A DNA stretch of 40,652 nt from Nemertoderma westbladi (taxonomy: Eukaryota > Animalia > Xenacoelomorpha): assembly GCA_032718475.1 (NCBI GenBank), contig JAUCBJ010005250.1, positions 1 through 40,652 of the forward strand, given 5' to 3'. Within the stretch, counting starts at the first letter, position 1, and every line of letters starts with the position of its first letter. The notes beneath the pieces are model-generated. The model made no database searches. It saw nothing but the letters and a program-made list of their open reading frames with translations, and was not told the origin of the DNA. The translations under genes and the position numbers were made by a program. Of this stretch, positions 11,029 through 20,600 are shown in pieces.

Positions 11029-12942
11029 TTGTGTTCCCGTTACCCCCCCCCCCCCCACCACCCGACAATTCCTATTACTCCCCCACCCTCACCATTTATA
11101 TTATTTTATTAAAACTCCTTTCCCTCAATTGGTAACAACATCGTATATTGCTTTGGTTAGGAAAACGCATCTCTGTACCTGCTTCTATCCCTCAATTGGT
11201 AATAACATAGTTAGAAAATTAATCCCTCAATTGGTAATAACATAGTTTACAGTAGTATAGTTATTAATAACATAAAAATATATAATAACAGTACTTTACA
11301 CAATTTACTTTACACAACACAAACAATACTTACAGTAATTTACAAAATTAATTGTAAAAGTGTATGGGGGGGGGGGGGGGGGGGGGGGGGGGGGTGTAAC
11401 AGCACGGTTTATGGAGTTTCACTTTTATTTGACTTCCGAATAAAATGTTTGTTGCTGTTGAATTTTTAGTTTTGATTTCAATTTCATTGTAACATATTCC
11501 ATTACCTAACATAAACGTGTCTCATTTTCCTTATTCATTCAATCGCAAATGTTTGACTTTAATATCGTCGCATTCTCGTATTAGTTACTAATGGCCCTTA
11601 ATGTTTTTGGTGATCTTTACTTTTTGCTACTATTACACTAAAATTCCTGTCAAGTTTTATCCAATCAAATGCAAGATAAATAAAAAAGTACCCACAGTTC
11701 TTCTCTCTGAATTATGTTTTTATTTGTAATGCTGTTTATCGTAGATTAGAGTAGTAATGGTTTACCCTATTTCTGCGACAATTGGACCAACTTCACACCT
11801 TGGGTGTTAAGTAGGTCATTAATTAATTAATCAATTAATTAATTGGTCGATTAAACAATTAATTAATTGTTTAATCAATCGATTTGTATCAAATAATGTT
11901 GCCAAAGGCAATTTAATTTGACACAAATCAATCAGATAGGGGACGCGCGATGAATAAATTGTACTACAGCAAACGAAATATACAATACAATAGGCACTGT
12001 GCAATACAATATACAGTACATTTGTATTATTTTTGCCATACAATAGGTAAAGGTAGAATTAAATAAAAAGACACAATCGAGACCCAAAACATAAATATAC
12101 CCTCTCACAAAATAAAGTGGCCCCAGTTTGGCCCCGAGTCATCCCTCAATAATCTGCGGCTGCTCGGGCTCTTATTAACCGTAGCATGACTAACCCAATC
12201 ATCAATGCGTGAATGGGGCCTGCGTGAATGGGGCATGCGATAGAGCTTAAATTATTCAAACCTATAGCTTCGTTATTAATCAATTCATCCAAGAAATTAG
12301 AATAAACATCTGGTATGGCATTAGTTTGCATTCTTTCGCATTGTATTGCGAAGCAGTCCACGCGCGTCTAACCGCACATAATTAAATAAGGCCCTCATTT
12401 AATACATAAGTTATATACAGTTTATCTTAAATTTATTGAATTTGTTTTTATTTACAACCCGAATTGTTCTACCATATTATAATTTATGTTTTATTATAAC
12501 AAGCTATACCCTGTTAATCTTTATTAATTTTATTTGTACTGAGGTTTTCGAGGGCGCTGTTTCCAATGGTCCTACTCCCAAAACGATGTAACCTACTGTA
12601 TAATTAATTACTTAAGTCTGCGAGGTATGCGTAAGTAACAAATCTCGTTTACCAGTTTTCATTAAAAACTATGAAGCTATATTGCTTAAGAGTTCTGAGG
12701 GGCGAGCCATGAGGCAAGGTGTTTGATACTTTTTAGATATATTATTACTTAATTTTGACCCCCCAGTCGGTATCTATTACAATATAGGCTATATCTTTTT
12801 GCGGAGTAACAGAGTAGTCTGAAGATCCGAGTCTGCTGCTAGAGGGTGAAATGTCTCAAAGTGAAAATCATACAGTAGCTATGAATTGGTTGCTAGGCAA
12901 TAATACTACATTTTGTATAGTTAGACCTATTGCCGATCGAAC

Positions 12943-13027
12943 AAAAACTGCCCTGGTCCATGTGAGGATCGAACCCACGACCTATTGGAGATGTGATTTC
13001 AAAGCAACCACTACACCAAGGTGGAAC
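12943..13027 (-). ncRNA. tRNA-like Pol III unit in left TIR
   Basis: On the - strand: A box TGGTGTAGTGG, B box GGTTCGATCC within T-arm GTGGG/CTCAC, ACCA end and TTTTT terminator. No normal anticodon arm. Confidence 0.6.
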
Positions 13028-13095
13028 AGTAACGTTCGAATTTGTTCGTTAACGTTCGAATTTGTAAGACTCTGATTTAAGACCTGAGGCACTCC

Positions 13096-13611
13096 CCACA
13101 GCCACAGCCACAACCACAACCACAGCCACAGCCACAGCCACAACCACAGCCACAGCCACAGCCACAGCCACAGCCACAGCCACAGCCACAGCCACAACCA
13201 CAACCACAGCCACAACCACAACCACAACCACAACCACAGCCACAACCACAGCCACAGCCACAGCCACAGCCACAACCACAGCCACAGCCACAACCACAGC
13301 CACACCACAGCCACAACCACAGCCACAGCCACAGCCACAACCCAGCCACAGCCACAGCCACAGCCACAGCCACAGCCACAACCACAGCCACAGCCACAAG
13401 CCACAGCCACAGCCACAGCCACAGCCACAGCCACAGCCACAGCCACAGCCACAGCCACAGCCACAACCACAGCCACAGCCACAGCCACACCACAGCCACA
13501 ACCACACCACAGCCACAGCCACAGCCACAACCACAGCCACAGCCACAGACCACAGCCACAACCACAGCCACAACCACAGCCACAACCACAGCCACAACCA
13601 CAACCACAGCC
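13096..13611. repeat. (CCACAG/CCACAA)n hexamer microsatellite in left TIR
   Basis: Direct reading of the sequence. Confidence 0.98.
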
Positions 13612-13715
13612 TCACCTTCACCCACTTTATTGTTAAATACGCCTGAGAAAAATTCAAGAAACATCTGGTTTACAATAGATTATTCTTTTTTCACAACTCC
13701 ATTCTAGCCTCCCTC

Positions 13716-13750
13716 TATAAAAGCCCCCATTCACCGCATTCTCATTCATT
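13716..13750 (+). promoter_or_regulatory. TATA box and initiator at inner edge of left TIR
   Basis: TATAAAAG at 13716-13723, with TCATT Inr-like motifs ~26-30 nt downstream, upstream of the core ORF. Confidence 0.6.
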
Positions 13751-13772
13751 CTCTAATTTTTATTTTTAAAAG

Positions 13773-13960
13773 TTTTATTTATTTTCATAAAAGTTCTATT
13801 TATTTAAAATTTTGTAAAATCATTCAGCGAAAATTCATAATATCAATTGACATTGCTATATAATGCTTTTATTTATTTTCATAAAAGTTTTATTTATTTA
13901 AAATTTTGTAAAATCATTCAGCGAAAATTCATAATATCAATTGACATTGCTATATAATGC
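13773..13960 (+). repeat. 94-bp tandem duplication in the leader of the core ORF
   Basis: 13773-13866 and 13867-13960 are near-identical, and each ends in ...CTATATAATGC. Confidence 0.9.
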
Positions 13961-14745
13961 CTAGCTATGAAAGATGTTTGGTTTGTAATAAAGAAATGAG
14001 ACGAGACAGTATATCCCGTCATATGAGTATACATAGAAAGGAAGGTGTAATGGAACCATTACCAAAGAAATTAAAAAATAATGATGATATTTTTAGTGAA
14101 GAAGAAAACAAAAAGAGAGTTGAGAGTGATTTTCTAGAGATTAAACAAATGATGAAACATAAATTCGAGAAAATCATGAATATTTTGAAGAATATACAGA
14201 AACAGCCACATAGTGAAAAGGACGATGAGAGTGAGGAAGAGAATAAATCAGAGGAAAGTGAGAATGATGAAACGGAGAGTGAGATAGAGAAAGAAGAAAA
14301 TGAGAGTGGTGGTGAAGAAAATGAGAGCGAGAAAGAAGTCGAGGAACATGAAAGTGGTGAGGATAATGACTCAGATAATGAGGAGATATTAAGACATGTA
14401 TTAGGAAATAAAAATAAATTGCAGAAGATAATTAGACAATTGAATGAAATGCAGAAACATTCGCATAAGGAGAGTGATAATGATGGAAATGAGAGTGATG
14501 GGGATGAATCGGAGGAGAGTAGCGATGACAGTGAGGAAGAATCAGAGGAGAGTAGCGATGACAGTGAGGAAGAATCAGAGGAGAGTAGCGATGACAGTGA
14601 GGAAGCATCAGAGGAGAATGACAATGAAAATGGACAGAGAATCAGAGTAGGGAATGGAAAAGTTATATCTCCAGCAACTGTTGTATATCCTAGGATTATG
14701 AACAGTAACAGTCGTACAGTTAATGTGAGACAGTGCAGAAGATAA
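13957..14745 (+). CDS. 262-aa protein with N-terminal C2H2-like zinc finger, putative NLS, helical segment and long acidic tail
   Basis: CLVC-x11-H-x3-H motif, PKKLK basic patch, E/S/D-rich tail with an 11-aa repeat (x3). Open ORF in very AT-rich DNA downstream of a TATA box. Confidence 0.75.
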   Translation: MPSYERCLVCNKEMRRDSISRHMSIHRKEGVMEPLPKKLKNNDDIFSEEENKKRVESDFLEIKQMMKHKFEKIMNILKNIQKQPHSEKDDESEEENKSEESENDETESEIEKEENESGGEENESEKEVEEHESGEDNDSDNEEILRHVLGNKNKLQKIIRQLNEMQKHSHKESDNDGNESDGDESEESSDDSEEESEESSDDSEEESEESSDDSEEASEENDNENGQRIRVGNGKVISPATVVYPRIMNSNSRTVNVRQCRR

Positions 14746-15044
14746 TTAGACAATTGAATGAAATGTTACAATGTGTTATAACTTATGTGTTACAATGTGT
14801 TATATCTTAAATGTTACTCTGCTATATGTATATGTATATGTGTTATGTTATAAATATATATTTCAATGTTGCTATATTAAAAATATGAAAATAGTCGACT
14901 ATATTTCATTTTTCTTTTTCAACTTTGGATAAATAATATAGGGGTTAAACAAAGAACATCAAAACAGTTAAACAGTTACATTTAACATTTAGACAGTAAA
15001 CAGTAACAGTAAACATTTACATGACCAGTTGCGGTGAATGGGGG

Positions 15045-15052
15045 CTTTTATA
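15045..15052 (-). promoter_or_regulatory. Mirror TATA box at inner edge of right TIR
   Basis: CTTTTATA on + equals TATAAAAG on -, pointing into the core. Confidence 0.5.
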
Positions 15053-15156
15053 GAGGGAGGCTAGAATGGAGTTGTGAAAAAAGAATAATCTATTGTAAAC
15101 CAGATGTTTCTTGAATTTTTCTCAGGCGTATTTAACAATAAAGTGGGTGAAGGTGA

Positions 15157-15803
15157 GGCTGTGGTCTGTGGTTGTGGCTGTGGTTGTGGCTGTGGTTGTG
15201 GCTGTGGTTGTGGCTGTGGCTGTGGTTGTGGCTGTGGCTGTGGCTGTGGTTGTGGCTGTGGCTGTGGGTGTGGTTGTGGTTGTGGCTGTGGCTGTGGCTG
15301 TGGTTGTGGCTGTGGTTGTGGCTGTGGCTGTGGCTGTGGCTGTGGTTGTGGCTGTGGCTGTGGCTGTGGTTGTGGCTGTGGCTGTGGCTGTGGCTGTGGC
15401 TGTGGTTGTGGCTGTGGCTGTGTGTGCTGTGGCTGTGGTTGTGGCTGTGGCTGTGGCTGTGGCTGTGGCTGTGGCTGTGGTGTGGTGTGGCTGTGGCTGT
15501 GGCTGTGGCTGTGGCTGTGGCTGTGGTGGCTGTGGTGTGGCTGTGGCTGTGGCTGTGGCTGTGGCTGTGGTGTGGCTGTGGCTGTGGCTGTGGCTGTGGC
15601 TGTGGCTGTGGTTGTGGCTGTGGTTGTGGCTGTGGCTGTGGTTGTGGCTGTGGCTGTGGCTGTGGCTGTGGCTGTGGTTGTGGCTGTGGTTGTGGCTGTG
15701 GTTGTGGCTGTGGTTGTGGCTGTGGCTGTGGCTGTGGCTGTGGCTGTGGCTGTGGTTGTGGCTGTGGCTGTGGCTGTGGTTGTGGTTGTGGCTGTGGCTG
15801 TGG
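15157..15803. repeat. (CTGTGG/TTGTGG)n hexamer microsatellite in right TIR
   Basis: Direct reading of the sequence. Confidence 0.98.
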
Positions 15804-15871
15804 GGAGTGCCTCAGGTCTTAAATCAGAGTCTTACAAATTCGAACGTTAACGAACAAATTCGAACGTTACT

Positions 15872-15956
15872 GTTCCACCTTGGTGTAGTGGTTGCTTTGA
15901 AATCACATCTCCAATAGGTCGTGGGTTCGATCCTCACATGGACCAGGGCAGTTTTT
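15872..15956 (+). ncRNA. tRNA-like Pol III unit in right TIR
   Basis: GTTCCACCTTGGTGTAGTGGTT...GGTCGTGGGTTCGATCCTCACATGGACCAGGGCAGTTTTT. Confidence 0.6.
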
Positions 15957-17306
15957 GTTCGATCGGCAATAGGTCTAACTATACAAAATGTAGTATTATT
16001 GCCTAGCAACCAATTCATAGCTACTGTATGATTTTCACTTTGAGACATTTCACCCTCTAGCAGCAGACTCGGATCTTCAGACTACTCTGTTACTCCGCAA
16101 AAAGATATAGCCTATATTGTAATAGATACCGACTGGGGGGTCAAAATTAAGTAATAATATATCTAAAAAGTATCAAACACCTTGCCTCATGGCTCGCCCC
16201 TCAGAACTCTTAAGCAATATAGCTTCATAGTTTTTAATGAAAACTGGTAAACGAGATTTGTTACTTACGCATACCTCGCAGACTTAAGTAATTAATTATA
16301 CAGTAGGTTACATCGTTTTGGGAGTAGGACCATTGGAAACAGCGCCCTCGAAAACCTCAGTACAAATAAAATTAATAAAGATTAACAGGGTATAGCTTGT
16401 TATAATAAAACATAAATTATAATATGGTAGAACAATTCGGGTTGTAAATAAAAACAAATTCAATAAATTTAAGATAAACTGTATATAACTTATGTATTAA
16501 ATGAGGGCCTTATTTAATTATGTGCGGTTAGACGCGCGTGGACTGCTTCGCAATACAATGCGAAAGAATGCAAACTAATGCCATACCAGATGTTTATTCT
16601 AATTTCTTGGATGAATTGATATAATAACGAAGCTGTGGGTTTGAATAATTTAAGCTCTATCGCAGGCCCCATTCACGCAGGCCCCATTCACGCATTGATG
16701 ATTGGGTTAGTCATGCTACGGTTAATAAGAGCCCGAGCAGCCACAGATTATTGAGGGATGACTCGGGGCCAAACTGGGCCCACTTTATTTTCGTGAAAGG
16801 GTATATTTATGTTTTGGGCCTCGATTGCGTCTTTATATTTAATTCTATCATTTCTATTGTACGGCAAAAATAATACAAATGTATTGTATATTGTAATGTA
16901 CAGTGCCTATTGTATTGTATATTTCATTTGTTATAGTACAATTTATTCATCTCGCGTCCCCCTATCTGATTGATTTGTATCAAATTAAATTGCCTTTGGC
17001 AACATTATTTGATACGAGTCGATTGATTAAACAATTAATTAATTGTTTAATCGACCAATTAATTAATTGATTAATTAATTAATGACCTACTTAACACCCA
17101 AGGTGTGAAGTGGGACTAAACTGTCGCCGAGAGTGGCATACTATTACTACTTACATATATACACACAAAACACAAAACATATATATAAGAAAATATATAG
17201 ATAACAATTACAAATTATGGTATGCCGGTACATTGATTGAACTTGAGGAAATATAACTCGACATAGAAAAACATGCAGCTGTAAATACCGCAAAAAAAAG
17301 ACAGCA

Positions 17307-17379
17307 AATCGGTAGAGATTAGAAAATCGGTAGAGATTAGCGAATCGGTAGAGATTAGCGAATCGGTAGAGATTAGCGA
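17307..17379. repeat. 18-bp tandem repeat x4
   Basis: AATCGGTAGAGATTAG(CG/AA) repeated four times. Confidence 0.92.
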
Positions 17380-17402
17380 TTCTATTAGAGCGTTCTACGA
17401 AC

Positions 17403-17585
17403 CTCGAGTTCCTTATTGAGTTGGAGAACCTCCCCCGATCTGTCTTCGATATCGGAGTCTATAAGACCCCCACCGGCGGTGCTGTGGAGATTGTTGTTAT
17501 GGTTGTAAAACACGGAAGCGCCGACAATATCACCGCCGTCTCGGGTTTTTCCGCCGGTTAAATTTACACCGGAAGCGCACCAAAT
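17403..17585 (-). CDS. SPAG9: JIP3/JIP4 (Sunday driver/UNC-16) JNK-kinesin scaffold, internal exon
   Basis: TTTCTTACAG acceptor and GT donor, 183 nt, phase 0-0. IWCASGVNLTGGKTRDGGDIVGASVFY matches JIP4 LWCAVGVNLSGGKTRDGGSVVGASVFY. An invertebrate gene would be co-orthologous to MAPK8IP3 and SPAG9. Confidence 0.93.
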
Positions 17586-17614
17586 CTGTAAGAAACACAC
17601 AACGGTAACGGTTA

Positions 17615-20600
17615 GAGATGATACAAGCCCCGCCCTGTCTATACTGGATGCTCCTCTACCAGTGTTAGGTAACCTAACCCAGGAGGCACACTTGGTTCAG
17701 GGTGTAACAAATGGACCCCTACAGTCGGCAGCAGGGCTGTAGGCCATGGATAGGCGGAAGGTAATCAACCAACGGCTAGACATGCTGACAAGGTCGGCGG
17801 AAGGTAATCAACCAACGGCGACCTACTGCGAAGACGCTTGTAGGAGTTGCGACCACAAGCGGTTTACTCCCGCAACTGAAAGACATGAGTATGAGAACCC
17901 TCCAGGAGAAATACCGGCTCGGTCGTCGCCCGGGTCAACAAGGACCGCGTCCCTCAGTGGTACACCAGGCTGGGGTCGATAAATTGGCTACTGGAACAGA
18001 AGACAGAGAAGAAAGAAGAACCAACCTGTTGAAATGTAAAAAGACACTAAAGATTGCTACAATGAACGCACGCACGCTGAAAGCACAGAGCAAACAGGGT
18101 GACATGGTCGCTCTGGCAATGGAATATTCATCGACATCATCTGCATCCAAGAACATCGGATTTGTCATGAAGACACTGCCATGAAGTACAATGACATTGG
18201 AAATGGATGGACGTTAGTAACAAGCTCAGCAGTAAGAAACTCGGCCAATGCATCAATTGGTGGAGTAGGAATTCTGCTAAGCCCATTTGCACTTAAGACC
18301 CTAAACAACATCGAATCTATAAATTCCAGGGTTATGATCGCAACATTTGATGGGAATCCCAAGACAACAGTTATATGTTGCTACAGTCCAACCAATGCAT
18401 CAGAGCCAGAACAAGCAGTCAAGTTTTATGAAGAACTGACTGGACTTATTAAGGACATCCCGAAACACAATGTTAAAGTCATTGCTGGTGACCTGAATGC
18501 GCAAATTGGCCCAGAAGACATCAAGGGTTACACCTATAACACCAGTTCTAACAGAAATGGGTACTTACTCTTAGACCTAATGGAAGAATGTGAATTGATA
18601 CCAACAAACAACACATTCGAAAAGAGTAAGGGGAAGCTATGGACCTTTCAATACCCTAATGGAACCAAAGCACAACTGGATTACATCCTTATAAACAAAA
18701 AGTGGAGAAATAGCATGATCAACTGCGAGGCATACAGCTCGTTCAACCTAATTGGTTCGGACCACAGAATTGTGACTGCAGAGATCAGACTCAGTTTGAG
18801 AGCCAGCAAACCCAGGACAAGCAAGAAAATCAACTATGACTGGGAGAAACTCAGAACTGACAATGCTGTAAAGGATGCTTATACAGTAGAAGTTCAAAAC
18901 CGCTTTGAAGCACTTCAGTCAATGGATGAAGACCGATCCACCGATTCAATATACCAGAATATAATAACAGCCCACAAGGAATCAGCTAAGAGGCATATCC
19001 CCCAGAAACCTAAACGAAAACAGTATGTGCCATGGCAAAACTCTGAGGTTACTTGTAAGAGAGAAGATCTTAAGATAGCCTACAAAGTTAAAACCGAACA
19101 ACCAACAACCGAAAACATTAACAAGGTTGAGAAAGCTAAAGACGATCTTAAATTGGCCTACAACATCAGCCAAGAAAAGTACATACAGGATAAAACTGAA
19201 GCAATTACAACTGCTCACATACAGCAACAATCAAGACTTACCTGGCAAACTGTAAATGAGGTATCTGGTCGGAAAAGTTGTGCAAAGGGGCGCCTCAAAG
19301 CCGATAGTCCTGAAGAACGTGTTGGGAAGTGGAAAAATCACTTCAGCAACTTGCTTGGGCAGCCACCAAACATCGAGGTCAGCCCTACAAGGAAAATATA
19401 TGACAAGACACTACCTATAGAAACAGGGGACTTCACACCTGCCGAACTCCAAAGAAGCATTAAAAGCATGTCCAATAATAAAGCGAGTGGATTAGATGAA
19501 ATCCCAGCGGAGGTATGGAAAACCGGAGTGCTAAATAGACCATTATTGAATGTTTGCAACCGGATGTTAAAAGGGGAAAAGCCACCACTAATTTGGACTA
19601 AAGGTCAACTAAAGCCTCTCCCCAAGAAATGAGACCTCGGCATACCAACAAACTATCGTGGGATCTGTCTGCTTGTGGTAGCTGCCAAAATATACAATAA
19701 AATGATTCTATATAGGATTAGGCCTCACATAGAGAAACTACTGCGTAAGAGCCAAAACGGATTTCGACCAAGTAGATCAACAATAGCTCAGATACTTGCA
19801 CTTCGGAGACTGATTGAAGGAATTAAGTCAAAGAATCTCCCCGCAGTCATGACTTTTGTGGACTTCAAGAAGGCATTCGACTCCATCCATAGAGGTAAAA
19901 TGCTTGAAATCCTAAGAGCTTATGGAATACCAGAAGTAATTGTTGCTGGCATTGGATTGTTATATTGTGACACAGAAGCGCAGGTACTCTCACCAGATAG
20001 ATGGTGAAACTGAGTTTTTCTCAATCCTGGCTGGCGTACTGCAAGGTGACACATTAGCACCATTACTATTTGTAATTGTGCTGGATTACGCAATGAGGAC
20101 GGCCACAAAGGGTGCAGATCTGGGATTCACACTTCAAGAACGCAGAAGTAGTAGATATCCGGCAACTACAGTCACATACACCGACTTTGCGGATGACATC
20201 GCCCTGCTCTCTAATACGCTAGCAGATGCACAGCTTCTACTAAATAAAGTGGAGAGGGCTGCTAAGGAGGTTGGATTGCATATAAATGCTACCAAGACCG
20301 AATTCATGACCTTTAATGTTGATGGAAACTTGACAACCATTGATAATAATCAACTAAGGAAGGTCGATGACTTCCAGTACCTTGGATCATGGATAGAGAG
20401 TAGCAAAAAGGACATAGAAGTTAGGAAAGCAAAGGCTTGGGTAGCTCTATCAAAAATGGATACCATCTGGAAATCAGATCTCTCCAGGCACCTGAAGACC
20501 AAGTTCTTTCGAGCCACAGTGGAAAGTGTATTTTTATACGGGGGTGAGACCTGGACACTGACTAAATCACTTGAACAACGAATTGATGGTTGCTACACAA

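Larger units (their letters stand above)
11750..13738 (+). repeat. Left terminal inverted repeat
   Basis: Reverse complement of 15030-17151. The ORF track gives an identical 74-aa translation at 12851-13075(+) and 15824-16048(-). Confidence 0.97.
11750..17151. mobile_element. 5.4 kb long-TIR element with Polinton/Maverick-like termini, non-autonomous
   Basis: ~2 kb inverted repeats begin AGTAGT (11750) and end ACTACT (17151) around a 1.3 kb unique core. No integrase or polymerase and no clean TSD. The structure is certain; the family is inferred from the termini. Confidence 0.8.
15030..17151 (-). repeat. Right terminal inverted repeat
   Basis: Reverse complement of 11750-13738; longer mainly because its microsatellite is longer. 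Confidence 0.97.

Noticed and set aside
11366-11394. Long poly-G/poly-C tracts (also ~77-177, 652-674, 35502-35525)
   Set aside because: G-quadruplex-capable, but homopolymer lengths are unreliable and no function is evident.
12819-12880. CTGAAGA...GAAA hammerhead-like core in the TIR
   Set aside because: Stems I and III could not be formed convincingly.
14019-14753. 244-aa Ser/Leu-rich - strand ORF
   Set aside because: Antisense shadow of the acidic ORF with no recognisable motif, although it does lie downstream of the right TATA box.
12982-15917. Poly-WL, poly-VA and poly-CG ORFs
   Set aside because: Translations of the hexamer microsatellites.
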